Shown: piece after piece, positions 38,357 through 49,676 of the stretch
Layout of the letters: every line of letters starts with the position of its first letter
Numbering within the stretch: position 1 is the stretch's first letter
Source of the DNA: Longimicrobiales bacterium
Lineage (GTDB): Bacteria > Gemmatimonadota > Gemmatimonadetes > Longimicrobiales > Gaopeijiaceae
Reading direction: 5' to 3'
DNA: 64,000 bases
Assembly: GCA_965219445.1 (NCBI GenBank)
Contig: CBDCNQ010000004.1
Span: 352,001 to 416,000, forward strand
Position numbers and translations under genes: made by a program
The notes under the pieces: model-generated
What the model was told of the DNA's origin: nothing
The model's database searches: none
Seen by the model: only the letters and a program-made list of their open reading frames with translations

Positions 38357-40152
38357 TGTCGTCGCTCGACTGGTGGGTTCTGGCACTGTATGGAGTCACG
38401 ATCCTCATGTTGGGGATGGCCTTCGCCCGTCGGGCAGGCGGGGGCAGGGAGGACTACTTCCTCGCGGGGCGCTCCATGCCGTGGTGGTTGATCGGGACCT
38501 CCATGGTGGCCACGACCTTCTCGGCCGATACGCCCAACCTGGTCACCGACCTCGTGCGCACTGGGGGTGTGAGCCAGAACTGGGTTTGGTGGGCATTCGT
38601 CATCACCGGAATGTGCACCGTGTTCTTCTATGCCAAGCTCTGGCGGCGCTCCGGGGTGCTTACAGACATCGGATTCTACGAATTGAGGTACGCCGGGCGG
38701 TCGGCTGCCTTTCTGAGGGGATTCCGAGCGGTATACCTCGGTGTGTTCTTCAACGTCATGATCATGGCCACCGTGACGTTGGCGGCCATCAAGATCGGCG
38801 GGGTTCTACTGGGCGTCGACAAGTACACCGTGGTTCTTGTCGCCGGCACCGCCACTGTGATTTACTCCGCTAGCTCGGGCTTGTGGGGCGTCCTGGTCAC
38901 GGACCTGCTTCTTTTCACCATCTCGATGATCGGCTCCGTCGCAGCTGCGGTGTACGCCCTTCGGCTCCCGCAGGTGGGAGGGCTATCGGGACTGATGACG
39001 CACGCCAGCGTCACCGACAAACTCTCGTTTCTCCCCGACTTCTCGGATCCTACGACGGCCGCCGCAGTCTTCATCGTACCGATCGCGGTGCAGTGGTGGA
39101 GCACCTGGTACCCGGGTGCCGAGCCCGGAGGCGGTGGATACACCGCGCAGCGCATGCTGGCAGCGAAGGACGAGAAGCACGCGATGCAGGCCACTCTCTG
39201 GTTCAATGTGGCTCACTACGCCATTCGGCCATGGCCCTGGATCCTGGTCGCCTTGGCCTCGCTCATCGTCTACCCGACGCTGAGTGACCTCACGGCAGCG
39301 TTCCCGAACGTCGATCCCTCCGTCATCGGGAACGACCTGGCCTATCCGGCCATGCTCGTGTTCCTTCCGAGCGGCCTTCTCGGTCTGGTCGTGGCCTCCC
39401 TCGCTGCGGCGTATATGTCGACGATCAGTACGCACCTGAACTGGGGGGCATCCTACGTTGTGGATGACGTATACCGCCGCTTCGTGGCTCCGGACCGGGA
39501 GGAGAAAGACTACGTGATGATGGCCCGCATCTCGACGGTCGCGCTCATCGTTCTCTCGTCCTTCGTCGGCCTCCAGTTGGAGACGGCAATGCAGGCCTTT
39601 CAGATCCTCCTTCAGATCGGTGCCGGAACTGGGCTGGTGTTTCTGCTTCGGTGGTTCTGGTGGCGTATCAACACGTGGAGCGAGATCTCCGCGATGGTGA
39701 TCTCGTTCGTGGTGGCCGTGTATTTCGGATTCTTTCACGTGCGGCTCGGTTTCGCGAGGTGGGACCCTTCGGCGGAACTCGTGGTGGGTGTGGCCGTGAC
39801 GACCGTGGGTTGGCTCGCGGTCACGTTTCTGACGCCCCCGGTCGATACCGCTACGCTCCGGAGCTTCCAGGCCAAGATCCGACCGCTCGGAAAGGGATGG
39901 GACGTGATCGTACTCCCCGCCGACGGCGCCGGACAGGACCGTCCGGGCGAACGCGACTCGGGCTCGGGCGGCGAGCTCGCCGCCGGCCTCCTCTCGTGGT
40001 TCCTGGGTTGCGTAATGGTGTACGCCGCGCTCTTCGGCATGGGCTTTCTGTTATACGGAAATGTGGCCTGGGGAGTAGTCGGTCTGATCGTGGCGGCGGT
40101 GGCGGGCCGGGAAACCATGAAGCTGCTGCCCAGAGTCGGTTTCTTGACCTGA
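38350..40152 (+). CDS. sodium:solute symporter family protein
   Basis: YFLAGRSMPWW, AQRMLAAK, AAYMST; many TM helices. Confidence 0.93.
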   Translation: MQLSSLDWWVLALYGVTILMLGMAFARRAGGGREDYFLAGRSMPWWLIGTSMVATTFSADTPNLVTDLVRTGGVSQNWVWWAFVITGMCTVFFYAKLWRRSGVLTDIGFYELRYAGRSAAFLRGFRAVYLGVFFNVMIMATVTLAAIKIGGVLLGVDKYTVVLVAGTATVIYSASSGLWGVLVTDLLLFTISMIGSVAAAVYALRLPQVGGLSGLMTHASVTDKLSFLPDFSDPTTAAAVFIVPIAVQWWSTWYPGAEPGGGGYTAQRMLAAKDEKHAMQATLWFNVAHYAIRPWPWILVALASLIVYPTLSDLTAAFPNVDPSVIGNDLAYPAMLVFLPSGLLGLVVASLAAAYMSTISTHLNWGASYVVDDVYRRFVAPDREEKDYVMMARISTVALIVLSSFVGLQLETAMQAFQILLQIGAGTGLVFLLRWFWWRINTWSEISAMVISFVVAVYFGFFHVRLGFARWDPSAELVVGVAVTTVGWLAVTFLTPPVDTATLRSFQAKIRPLGKGWDVIVLPADGAGQDRPGERDSGSGGELAAGLLSWFLGCVMVYAALFGMGFLLYGNVAWGVVGLIVAAVAGRETMKLLPRVGFLT

Positions 40153-40288
40153 CGCTCTAGGAGCCGGGGTGTTTTTGATGCAGCACCTTTGGTATTGTGT
40201 TCTTGTCACCCGCAGGGACCGTCCACTCGACAGCACAGGCGCCGCCGCGCCCTAGTTGAACGTGCGCACGCATAAACATTGAGGTTCA

Positions 40289-43009
40289 ATGAGTAACGAC
40301 CCCTTTGGCTCCCTCACCGAGATCGACTTGAAGGAGGGCTCCACATCGTTCTACAGCCTGGCGACTCTCGAGGCCTCGGGTATCGCCGATCTGGATCGCC
40401 TGCCGTTCTCGGTACGCATCCTTCTTGAAAATACCCTCCGGAATGCGGGCGGACGGTATGTGGGGGAGGAACATGTGAAGGCCGTCGCCGAGTGGAGCCC
40501 TACCAACGCGGGAGCGGACGACGCGGGAGCGGACGTGCCCTTCATGCCGTCACGTGTCGTTCTCCAAGACTTCACCGGTGTTCCCGCAGTCGTCGACCTG
40601 GCCGCTATGCGGGACGGACTCAAAGCGCTGGGTGGTGATCCCAATCGAATCAACCCAGTCGTACCGGCCGACCTCGTCATTGATCATTCCGTGCAGGTCG
40701 ACTTCTTCGGGACGCCCGAGGCGTACTGGAAGAACGTGGAGCGCGAATTCGAGCGAAATAGGGAGCGCTATACTCTTCTGCGCTGGGCCCAGCACGCGTT
40801 CGAGGACTTTCGAGTAGTCCCACCAGGCACCGGTATCGTACACCAGGTCAACCTCGAATACCTGGCCTCCGTGGTGCACCGCAGAACGGAGAACGGCGTC
40901 TCGGTCGCGTACCCGGACACGTTGGTGGGCACGGACTCCCACACCACAATGATCAACGGACTCGGGGTCGTGGGCTGGGGCGTGGGAGGGATCGAGGCGG
41001 AAGCGGTTCTCACCGGTCAACCCTACTACATGCTCCTCCCCGAGGTCGTGGGGGTGAAGTTCACCGGAGAGCTTTCCGAGGGTGCCACAGCCACGGATTT
41101 GGTCCTCCATGTGGTACAGATGCTGCGCGCACATGGAGTGGTCGGCCGCTTCGTGGAATACTTCGGGCCCGGGCTGACGAAGTTGACACTGCCCGATCGT
41201 GCCACACTGGCCAACATGGCTCCTGAATACGGCGCGACCATCGGTTTCTTCCCCGTCGATGACGAGACCCTGGCCTACTTGAGGGGTTCGGGCCGGAGTG
41301 CCGGGCTCATCGAACGGGTCGAGCGGATCAGCAAGGAGCAACGTCTTTTCCGAACCGACGAGACCCCGGACCCCGAGTTCACGGAGGTCCTTCACATGGA
41401 TCTCAGCACCGTCGAGCCCAGCGTGGCGGGCCCTAAGAGACCTCAGGATCGGATCGCGCTAGGTGATCTTCCGCAGGCGTTCGCCAGAGACCTTCCGGCT
41501 TTGCTACCCTCCGGATTTTCGGTAAACGGAGATGGCGCTCGAACCGTTCAGGTCGACCTGGATGGGGAAACACATGAACTCGGAGACGGCAGTGTCGTGA
41601 TCGCAGCGATCACGAGCTGCACGAACACATCGAACCCGTCGGTCATGGTGGGCGCGGGGCTCTTGGCGAAGAAGGCCGTGGAGCTCGGACTCCAGGTCAA
41701 ACCCTGGGTCAAGTCGAGCATGGCCCCGGGCTCGAAGGTCGTCTCGGATTACTTGGAGGCTTCCGGCCTCATGGAGTATCTCGATCAACTCGGGTTCGGC
41801 GTCGTCGGGTATGGGTGTACCACCTGCATCGGGAACTCGGGCCCCCTTCCCGAACCGGTCTCCGAGGCTGTTCGAGACGAGGGTCTGGTGGTCGCGGCAG
41901 TGCTCTCCGGAAATCGGAATTTCGAGGCACGTATTCACCCTGAAGTCCGTGCCAACTACCTCGCGTCTCCGATGTTGGTGGTGGCGTACGGGCTGGCGGG
42001 TCGAGTCGACATCGACTGGCAGACCGAGCCCCTGGGCCAGGGCGCGGACGGGCCGGTCTACCTTCGTGACCTCTGGCCCCCATCGGACACTATTCGGGAA
42101 ACGGTCCAGGAAGCGCTGGTGCCCGAGATGTTTGAGCGGCGCTACGCCGAGGTTTTTGAAGGAACCGACCTGTGGCAGGCCCTACCCCTCCCCTCGGACG
42201 ACGATAACCTGTACGACTGGGAGGATGACTCCACGTATATCCGCAATCCTCCATTCTTCCAAGGTATGTCTCTGGATGTCGGGGAGCCCGAAGACATCCA
42301 GGGCGCTCGTGTCCTGGGCATTTTCGGGCAAACGACCACGACCGACCACATCTCGCCCGCCGGCGCGATCCCGAAGGACGAACCCGCGGGGGCCTACCTC
42401 CGGGAACACGGCGTGAAACCGTGGCAATTCAACACGTTCGGTTCGAGGCGCGGCAATCACGAGGTGATGATGCGCGGCACCTTCGGCAACGTACGCATCC
42501 GGAACCTGATGCTCGACCACCGAGAGGGCGGCTACACCGTCCATATCCCGAGCGGAGACGAGCTCACTATCTACGACGCGGCCATGCGCTACCGGTCCGA
42601 GGGCACCCCCTTGTTCGTTCTGGCCGGCCGGGAGTATGGGACCGGGAGCTCCCGGGATTGGGCCGCGAAGGGCACTCTCCTGCTCGGCGTCAAGGCGGTG
42701 ATCGCGGAGAGCTACGAGCGTATCCACCGCAGCAATCTGGTGGGCATGGGCGTGTTGCCCCTTCAATTCGAGGAGGGTGACACCCCGGAATCACTCGGTC
42801 TGACGGGACGGGAGGCGTTCGACATCCTCGGGATTTCCGAGGGACTGGAGCCTCATGCCCGCCTGACCGTCGTGGCCCGCACAGCTGACGGAGACGAGAC
42901 GAGCTTTACGACCGTCGCCCGTCTCGATTCGGATGTCGACGTGGACTATTACCGAAACGGTGGGATCCTGCACACCGTGCTCCGGAGGATCGCCTCGGGC
43001 GAGATGTAG
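40289..43009 (+). CDS. acnA: aconitate hydratase A
   Basis: LQDFTGVP, DHSVQVD, GTDSHT, AITSCTNTSNP, GCTTCIGNSG, GSSRDWAAKG. Confidence 0.97.
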   Translation: MSNDPFGSLTEIDLKEGSTSFYSLATLEASGIADLDRLPFSVRILLENTLRNAGGRYVGEEHVKAVAEWSPTNAGADDAGADVPFMPSRVVLQDFTGVPAVVDLAAMRDGLKALGGDPNRINPVVPADLVIDHSVQVDFFGTPEAYWKNVEREFERNRERYTLLRWAQHAFEDFRVVPPGTGIVHQVNLEYLASVVHRRTENGVSVAYPDTLVGTDSHTTMINGLGVVGWGVGGIEAEAVLTGQPYYMLLPEVVGVKFTGELSEGATATDLVLHVVQMLRAHGVVGRFVEYFGPGLTKLTLPDRATLANMAPEYGATIGFFPVDDETLAYLRGSGRSAGLIERVERISKEQRLFRTDETPDPEFTEVLHMDLSTVEPSVAGPKRPQDRIALGDLPQAFARDLPALLPSGFSVNGDGARTVQVDLDGETHELGDGSVVIAAITSCTNTSNPSVMVGAGLLAKKAVELGLQVKPWVKSSMAPGSKVVSDYLEASGLMEYLDQLGFGVVGYGCTTCIGNSGPLPEPVSEAVRDEGLVVAAVLSGNRNFEARIHPEVRANYLASPMLVVAYGLAGRVDIDWQTEPLGQGADGPVYLRDLWPPSDTIRETVQEALVPEMFERRYAEVFEGTDLWQALPLPSDDDNLYDWEDDSTYIRNPPFFQGMSLDVGEPEDIQGARVLGIFGQTTTTDHISPAGAIPKDEPAGAYLREHGVKPWQFNTFGSRRGNHEVMMRGTFGNVRIRNLMLDHREGGYTVHIPSGDELTIYDAAMRYRSEGTPLFVLAGREYGTGSSRDWAAKGTLLLGVKAVIAESYERIHRSNLVGMGVLPLQFEEGDTPESLGLTGREAFDILGISEGLEPHARLTVVARTADGDETSFTTVARLDSDVDVDYYRNGGILHTVLRRIASGEM

Positions 43010-43015
43010 GGAGCG

Positions 43016-43642
43016 TCACTCTCCGCCGGGCGGTTGCCGGTCCGAAGCTCGTAGTCCTACCGGCGGATTCAGCACCTCGGCCAGGACGATGGCGTCCCGG
43101 AGGGATCTCCGCGAACCGCTCCTGACGCCGGAGATCAGGGTACTGGGTTGTTGGGTCCGGCGAAGCCCCTCCTGCGGCTTGTCCGACGGCTCGGGGGGAT
43201 GCGGCACGAATTCGTGTGGCTTCTCGGGCGAAAGGGGCCGAGGAGGGCTTATCTGGGGAAACTCTTCCTGCGGAGCAGTCCACTCCTCCACCTCCGCTTC
43301 CGGATCGGGGGTCGAGCTCGAACTGGGGGTCGTGGGAGATTCTCGACGCTGCGTAGGCGTCTCCCCTCGAGCCAAGGCTGCGATCTCCTCCCAGAGATCC
43401 GTGGGCACCATCCCCTCAGAGGACTGCGCCACCTGGCCCAGATCCTCGTACGTTTCCGGAATCCTGTCTGCCTCGGGAATTCTGTCCGCCCCTGGGATTC
43501 TGTCAGGCCCCGGAATCCTGTCCGCCTCGGGGAGACGCCCTCGGCGTTGCGCTTCCTTGCGCCGCTTCCGGGCAGCTCCGTCCATCATCGAAATAATGAC
43601 AATGACGGCGATGACCAGAAACTGGATCAGTCCGTCATCCAT
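43016..43642 (-). CDS. membrane-anchored protein downstream of floA, with PxxDRI repeats
   Basis: N-terminal TM, four 18-bp repeats at about 43454-43531, C-terminal LRDAIVLAEVL.PP. Confidence 0.75.
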   Translation of the reverse strand: MDDGLIQFLVIAVIVIISMMDGAARKRRKEAQRRGRLPEADRIPGPDRIPGADRIPEADRIPETYEDLGQVAQSSEGMVPTDLWEEIAALARGETPTQRRESPTTPSSSSTPDPEAEVEEWTAPQEEFPQISPPRPLSPEKPHEFVPHPPEPSDKPQEGLRRTQQPSTLISGVRSGSRRSLRDAIVLAEVLNPPVGLRASDRQPPGGE

Positions 43643-43656
43643 GAGCGATCACCCTT

Positions 43657-44646
43657 CTAGGCCAGCGGCTCCGAATCAGTATCATCACTGCTGGCGATGG
43701 CCTGCCGCATAGATGTGTCGGATTGGATGTTGTTGTACCGGACGTAGTCCATGACGCCCATATGACCCTGCCGGAACGCATCGGCCAACGCGAGCGGAAC
43801 CTGTGACTCGGCTTTCACCAGTTCGGCCCGCATCTCCACAACCTTTGCCGTCATCTCCTGCTCCTGGGCGACCGCCATCGCGCGCCGCTCCTCGGCCCTG
43901 GCCTGGGCCACGCGCTTGTCGGCATCGGCCTGATGCGTCTGGAGGTCGGCACCGATGTTCTTCCCGACGTCCACGTCGGCGATGTCGATCGAGAGGATCT
44001 CGAAGGCCGTCCCCGAGTCGAGTCCCTTCGCGAGGACGTTCTTGGAGATCGCGTCCGGATTCTCGAGGACTTCCTTGTGCGTGTTCGCCGAGCCGATCGA
44101 GGACACGATGCCCTCTCCCACACGGGCCAGAATCGTGTCCTCGCCGGCGCCACCCACCAGACGATTGATGTTTGCCCGTACGGTCACGCGGGCCTGGGCG
44201 ATGAGCTGGATGCCGTCCTTCGCCATGGCGGCCACCTTGGGCGTGTTGATCACCTTGGGGTTCACCGAGACCTGCACCGCCTCGAAGACGTCACGGCCCG
44301 CCAGGTCGATCGCGGCCGCCTGCTGGAATCCCAACTCGATGTTGGCCTTGTCCGCACTGATGAGCGCACGAACCACCCGATCCACCTCCCCTCCGGCGAG
44401 GTAATGCGCCTCAAGGTCGTTCACGCTCAACGGGATGCCCGCCTTGGTCGCCCAGATCAAGGGCCGAACCACCGCCGGTGGACTCACCTTACGCAGACGC
44501 ATACCGACCAGGTACCCGATCCCGATACGCACGCCGGCTGATATCGCCTCGACCCACAGACGTACCGGAACCGCCCAGACGATCACCGAGACGAGCATGA
44601 CGGCCATGAAAAGCACGAACAGACTGAAGATGTCGCTTGGCAGCAT
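43657..44646 (-). CDS. floA: flotillin-like protein FloA (YqfA)
   Basis: [41 protein letters not shown]. Confidence 0.95.
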   Translation of the reverse strand: MLPSDIFSLFVLFMAVMLVSVIVWAVPVRLWVEAISAGVRIGIGYLVGMRLRKVSPPAVVRPLIWATKAGIPLSVNDLEAHYLAGGEVDRVVRALISADKANIELGFQQAAAIDLAGRDVFEAVQVSVNPKVINTPKVAAMAKDGIQLIAQARVTVRANINRLVGGAGEDTILARVGEGIVSSIGSANTHKEVLENPDAISKNVLAKGLDSGTAFEILSIDIADVDVGKNIGADLQTHQADADKRVAQARAEERRAMAVAQEQEMTAKVVEMRAELVKAESQVPLALADAFRQGHMGVMDYVRYNNIQSDTSMRQAIASSDDTDSEPLA

Positions 44647-44763
44647 CGAGTGATCCTTTCGCTGAACCGGCTGACCCGACGGACGGAAACTCCGGTAGAT
44701 CAGTCCGGCAAAGTTAGATGTCCGTTACTTGAGAGCGCCTCCGTTACTCGACAACGCCCTTGT

Positions 44764-46125
44764 TCAGATGTCTTGGCCCGCTTCCTCGCCCGCGTTGCGG
44801 ATGGGCCGGACCACTTGGCGGTATCCCTCTGCGCTCACGACGCGGATAGGCGTGCCCTCCTCGATCCACTCCGACTCGGACACGATATCGACGCGTTCGT
44901 CCCGGAAAATACCGACCCCCGAGGGCCGAAGATCTGTGACGGCGACACCCTCGGCGCCGACAAGGTCGGTCCTCCTTTCAGCGGACTCGTATCCGATGGC
45001 CCGGTCGGTCCGCGCACGGAGGAAAATACCCGACTGAAACAGCCTATTGCTCTTCGGCAGGTGCCGCAGGAGAGCCCATCCCGTAACCAACAAGAGCAAG
45101 ATTGTCGTACTGAGCACGCCCCCCGCCCGGCTGAAGTCCTGCACCGTCGGAAGACTGCCGAGCAGGCTCATGTAAATACCGCCGGTGATACCGGCGATGC
45201 CCAAGACGCCGAAGAGGCCGAAACCGGGGACCAGAAGTACTTCGGCGGCGACGAACAGGACCCCTGCTCCAACAAGAAGGAGATCCTCCCAGCCGGCCAG
45301 CCCGAGAATCAGGTGGGAGCCGAAGAACAGGGACAGAGAAAGCGCACCGGCCAGCCCTGCGAGCCCGAAGGTCGCCGTCTTGATTTCGATGATGAGCCCC
45401 AAGAACCCGAGCGACAGCAGGAACGGAGCTACCACCGGGTTCGAGAAAAATCGGACGAGCCGTTCAGCCCAGTTCACGCCGAGGTCGGTGACCTCGGCGC
45501 CGGCGACGCCGAGATCCTCGAGTAGGGTGGCGAAGTCCTCCGTCTGGGTCGCGTACCCGATGCGCACCGCCTCTTCCGTGGTCAACGTGAGGAGCTGCCC
45601 GGCCTCCACCACGTCCGGAACAGCCAAGGACTCGTCCACCATCGCCTCGGCGATCGCCGGGTCGAGCCCGTGGGCTTCGGCGAGTGCACGCATTTCACTT
45701 CGCATCGCGGAAACGATCTTTTCGGAGGCCTTCGTGCCGGAACCATCGACCGGCGTCACCGCGCCGAGGACCGACCCCGGCCTCATGTAGATGCCCTGTG
45801 TCGCCAGAGCGATCAAAGCGCCCGCCGAAAAAGCTCGGCGGTTCACGAAGGCATAGACGGGCACACCCGAATCGGAAATCGCGTCGGCGATGCGCTCCGC
45901 CGAATCGACGCGTCCACCGGGGGTATCGATATCGAGGACGATGACACTCACTCCCCCACCCTCAGCCTCACGAATGGCACGCTCGATGAATGGCGCGAGC
46001 CCCATTTCCACCACCCCCGTCACGGGCACCCTGAACACCAATGGGGCGTCCTGCGCATGGATATTCGACGGCCAGCCTAGAAGTCCCCCGAACAGCAGGG
46101 CGGCGGTCACATGATTCCGTCGCAT
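44764..46125 (-). CDS. NfeD-family membrane serine protease (YqeZ-like)
   Basis: DTPGG, AFSAGALIA, TDLRPSG OB fold; upstream of floA. Confidence 0.92.
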   Translation of the reverse strand: MRRNHVTAALLFGGLLGWPSNIHAQDAPLVFRVPVTGVVEMGLAPFIERAIREAEGGGVSVIVLDIDTPGGRVDSAERIADAISDSGVPVYAFVNRRAFSAGALIALATQGIYMRPGSVLGAVTPVDGSGTKASEKIVSAMRSEMRALAEAHGLDPAIAEAMVDESLAVPDVVEAGQLLTLTTEEAVRIGYATQTEDFATLLEDLGVAGAEVTDLGVNWAERLVRFFSNPVVAPFLLSLGFLGLIIEIKTATFGLAGLAGALSLSLFFGSHLILGLAGWEDLLLVGAGVLFVAAEVLLVPGFGLFGVLGIAGITGGIYMSLLGSLPTVQDFSRAGGVLSTTILLLLVTGWALLRHLPKSNRLFQSGIFLRARTDRAIGYESAERRTDLVGAEGVAVTDLRPSGVGIFRDERVDIVSESEWIEEGTPIRVVSAEGYRQVVRPIRNAGEEAGQDI

Positions 46126-46442
46126 GGCATTCCCCTCCTCGGGGGTCGTTCGTCGTATCGAACAACTGAAAGGTACGACCGGAACACGCGTCTTAACAGT
46201 AACCCGGGATCGGTAAACCTTCTCCAGGTTTACCGATCGGCTGATTCGGGCTAGAATCCTCGCTTAGAGTGGAGACCCCCCCCGGCAAATATGTTGGGTT
46301 CAATAATGCTGATCACCGATCCCGTCGCCTGGGGGCCTCGAATGAGACGTGCACACATGCCCGAGACCCTCCCTGCCGTCCGCAACATCGCCCACCGTGG
46401 GGTCGTCGGATGCACCGGCCGGATCATTACCACGGGGTGCGG

Positions 46443-47327
46443 ATGACTCAACCGTTTCAACGTGTGACTGTCCTCGGAGCCGGTACCATGGGACATGGGA
46501 TCGCACTCGTATGTGCGATAGCCAGTATCGAAACGGTCCTATACGACGTGGACCTCGCCGCCGTTGATGATGGGCTCAAGCTGATCCGGAAGGAGCTCGA
46601 CAAGGCCGTCTCCCTGGGGAAGCTCACCGATGCGGAGCGGGAGGAGGCGTTGAACCGAATCCAGCGAAGCTCCGACCTCGCTTTTGCGGTTCAAGGCGCT
46701 CAAATGATCATCGAAGCGGCTCCAGAATCGATGGATATCAAGCGCGGCTTGTTCAGGCTTCTGGACCAGAGGGTCGGAGAAGACACCGTCTTCGCCACGA
46801 ACACGTCCTCGCTCAGCATCACCCAGTTAGCGACCGGGATGGAACATCCAGCCCGGTTCCTCGGCGTTCACTTCTTCAAACCGGTTCACGAGAACGAACT
46901 GGTGGAGGTCGTTTGGGGAGAGGAGACGTCCGATGTGACGCGGACGTTGGTCGTCGAGTTCGTCCAGTCGATCGGCAAACGACCGATCCTCGTGCGGGAC
47001 TCGCCGGGCTTCGCGGCGTCGCGACTGGCGATGGCTCAATGCTTGGAGGCGATCCGCTTGGTCGAGACCGGCGTGAGCATGCCGGAGGACATCGACAATG
47101 CGATGGTGCTCGGACACGGGCATCCGGAGGGGCCATTGAGGCGCATGGATCTGATCGGGCTGGACGTCCAGCTGGAGACCGCCAAATATCTTTACGAAGC
47201 GTTAGGATCGGAGGCGTTTCGTCCACCCCAGCTTCTCGAGCAGATGGTTGTGGACGGCAAGCTCGGCAAGAAATCCGGAGAGGGTTTCTACACGTGGAAT
47301 AAGGATAGCCCTTCGGATGAGACCTGA
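46443..47327 (+). CDS. 3-hydroxyacyl-CoA dehydrogenase
   Basis: VLGAGTMGHGIA, EAAPE, TNTSSLSI, HFF, D.PGF. Confidence 0.92.
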   Translation: MTQPFQRVTVLGAGTMGHGIALVCAIASIETVLYDVDLAAVDDGLKLIRKELDKAVSLGKLTDAEREEALNRIQRSSDLAFAVQGAQMIIEAAPESMDIKRGLFRLLDQRVGEDTVFATNTSSLSITQLATGMEHPARFLGVHFFKPVHENELVEVVWGEETSDVTRTLVVEFVQSIGKRPILVRDSPGFAASRLAMAQCLEAIRLVETGVSMPEDIDNAMVLGHGHPEGPLRRMDLIGLDVQLETAKYLYEALGSEAFRPPQLLEQMVVDGKLGKKSGEGFYTWNKDSPSDET

Positions 47328-47631
47328 TCCGGATTCGACCGCACCGTCCGAGGAACGGCTCGAAGAGCTGAGGGACCGCATCATCGCCGTCGACGATGAG
47401 ATTATTCGGCTGATAGGGGAGCGCCGGGACCTGGCCCTGGACATCGGTCGCATCAAGGAATCGCTCGGACTCCCCGTCCTCGATCCCGCGCGGGAAGCCC
47501 GAGTCGTACGGCGCGTAGCGGAGCGATCTAGGGACCTAGGCGTGGACGAAGAACTCACACGGGACGTGATCTGGCGAATTATCTCTTCCGCCCGCCAAAC
47601 ACAAAGCGAGCGCGGGTCTTCCGAGACTTAG
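47317..47631 (+). CDS. chorismate mutase (AroQ type)
   Basis: LEELRDRI..VD.EI..L..ER, IG.IK, V.DP.RE. Confidence 0.85.
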   Translation: MRPDPDSTAPSEERLEELRDRIIAVDDEIIRLIGERRDLALDIGRIKESLGLPVLDPAREARVVRRVAERSRDLGVDEELTRDVIWRIISSARQTQSERGSSET

Positions 47632-48827
47632 TCGGCCGACAGACGGCTCGGGCCATCGGATGGCGCCAGAGCGGCCATCACATTGAAGGCCAGCCCAACG
47701 GGAACCCGTAACGGATACACACTACCGGGCGGGGTAACACCGCGGATGAGCTGCGGATTGAGCTCTTGTATTCGATTGTAAGACAACCCCATGGTCTCCT
47801 CGATGTCGGCCAACGATGTCGCACCGGGGGTCCACACCAGGTCATACACGTACGGATCCGCCAAAGTCACTTTGAGGTCGAAAAGGGCGGCATCGCGCGC
47901 AAGGTACGTAGCGGCGATCAGTTTCGGCACGTACTGAGCGGTCTCCAACGGAAGGTGATCGACAATCTCCCAATAGAGGCTCTCATCCCCGGCCTGCCAG
48001 TCCGAATGGCGTGCTACGGCCAGTGACACCCGGGTAGGACCGGCGTTATACGCCGCAGCGGCGAGATACCATGAGCCGTATTGCTGATAAAGATCGCCGA
48101 GATAATCGAGGGCGGCGTCGGTGGCCCTCACCGGATCGCGTCGCTCATCCACGTAGGCGTCGATGCGGAGCCCGTACGCTCTCGCCGTAGGGTCCATGAA
48201 CTGCCACATGCCGGTCGCAGAGACCAACGATCGAGCATCGGTGAGATAGCCGGACTCGATCATGGCGAGGTAGAACAATTCCTTGGGCATTCCTCGAGCG
48301 CGGAGCTTACCCCGGATCATGTCCGAGTACAGTCCCGCCCGAGAGAGTGTCTCTTCGAACTCCAGCTTGTGCGACGTGGAGAACCGCACCTTCCACTGCT
48401 CGACGCGTTCGTTCAGCTCGATTGGAAACTCCGCGTCGGCCAAGTCACGCTCCATCTCGGCCAGGGCCGGCGGAACGACGACCAGCGGAACGACCTCGTC
48501 GGAAGACCACTTCGCCTCGACGTTTTCTACGAGCTGACGCACGTGGGTCCAATCGATCAACAACGCAACCAGAGCGAAACTCAGCGCGGCGAGCTGCAAA
48601 ACTCGGTCCGTGGATCTCCGTGCCCGCCCACGCAGTGTGTGCCATCCGCTCTTGGACAAGTTCCGAGACGGCAATGCCGGCGATCGCCCAAGAATCGACG
48701 GCAATCGCCCCGAGGCCCGTGTTCGGGCCCGTCCACTTCGCCCGATCCATGACAACACTTTTCTCATCTCAAACATATCTATACCTCTCCGTCGGCTCAG
48801 CTCTACGCTTCTCCGTCGGCTCAGCAC
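47628..48827 (-). CDS. lytic transglycosylase (MltD-like); true start uncertain
   Basis: YLAMIESG, ATGMWQFM, AAAYNAG, ETAQYVPK. Confidence 0.88.
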   Translation of the reverse strand: MLSRRRSVELSRRRGIDMFEMRKVLSWIGRSGRARTRASGRLPSILGRSPALPSRNLSKSGWHTLRGRARRSTDRVLQLAALSFALVALLIDWTHVRQLVENVEAKWSSDEVVPLVVVPPALAEMERDLADAEFPIELNERVEQWKVRFSTSHKLEFEETLSRAGLYSDMIRGKLRARGMPKELFYLAMIESGYLTDARSLVSATGMWQFMDPTARAYGLRIDAYVDERRDPVRATDAALDYLGDLYQQYGSWYLAAAAYNAGPTRVSLAVARHSDWQAGDESLYWEIVDHLPLETAQYVPKLIAATYLARDAALFDLKVTLADPYVYDLVWTPGATSLADIEETMGLSYNRIQELNPQLIRGVTPPGSVYPLRVPVGLAFNVMAALAPSDGPSRLSAD

Positions 48828-48885
48828 CCTACGCTAGCAGAGCGGGAAAAGATCCAGGTGGGGTGTCCTTGAAAGTGGACGTCTG

Positions 48886-48934
48886 AAAACAGAAGGGGCC
48901 CGTCCCGCAGCGTATTCGCTGCGAAACGGGCCTC
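48886..48934 (-). terminator. intrinsic terminator after rpmA
   Basis: GGCCCGT..CGCAGCG-AATA-CGCTGCG..ACGGGCC hairpin followed by TTCTGTTTT. Confidence 0.7.
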
Positions 48935-48950
48935 AATGGACATTGGCCTT

Positions 48951-49205
48951 CTAGGCGGGCGGGTAGACCGAGACCGCCTTGCGGCGTCGGTGCATCTCGA
49001 ACTTGACCACACCGTCGGCAGTGGCGAACAGGGTGTCGTCGCCCCCACGGCCCACGTTGCGTCCGGGATGGAAGTGGGTGCCTCGTTGGCGTACGATGAT
49101 GCTGCCCGCACTCACCCACGCGCCGCCGTAGCACTTCACGCCGAGCCGGTTGGGATTGCTGTCTCGGCCGTTTCGGCTCGACCCCACGCCCTTCTTATGT
49201 GCCAT
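48951..49205 (-). CDS. rpmA: 50S ribosomal protein L27
   Basis: [16 protein letters not shown]. Confidence 0.98.
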   Translation of the reverse strand: MAHKKGVGSSRNGRDSNPNRLGVKCYGGAWVSAGSIIVRQRGTHFHPGRNVGRGGDDTLFATADGVVKFEMHRRRKAVSVYPPA

Positions 49206-49279
49206 CCGGTGCTCCCCGGCAGCGTCGTACGGAAAACCGAGTGTACTCTCGGTGGCTCGCGAACTTCCGGAACACCACA

Positions 49280-49591
49280 CTAGAGCTTGATTTCAGCAAC
49301 TCGGATTTCGGTGAATTTCTGACGATGTCCCTGTTTCCTTCGGTAACCCTTACGCTTCTTTCGCTTGAAGACGACGATCTTGCGGTCCTTGCCATGACGC
49401 AAAACCTCGGCCTTGACGGAGGCGCCGGCGACGATAGGCTGGCCCACCGAGACTGCGTCTCCGTCTGAGGCAATCAGCACGTTGTCGAACGAGACCGTCG
49501 TGCCTTCCTCCGCTTCCAGCGTGGGGATCCGGAGCTTGCTGCCCGGTTCCGCCCGGAACTGCTTACCACCTGTGCGAAAAACCGCGTACAT
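49280..49591 (-). CDS. rplU: 50S ribosomal protein L21
   Basis: [16 protein letters not shown]. Confidence 0.98.
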   Translation of the reverse strand: MYAVFRTGGKQFRAEPGSKLRIPTLEAEEGTTVSFDNVLIASDGDAVSVGQPIVAGASVKAEVLRHGKDRKIVVFKRKKRKGYRRKQGHRQKFTEIRVAEIKL

Positions 49592-49676
49592 AATGCCTCG
49601 TCGACCCCCGAATTGACGCAAGTATAGCGAAAAACTCACGGAATGCCTGCAGACGGTCAAGCCCTTCTCGGCCTCG

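Noticed and set aside
48786..48835. Direct repeat TCTCCGTCGGCTCAGC upstream of or within the transglycosylase 5' end
   Set aside because: Two copies only; no supportable function.
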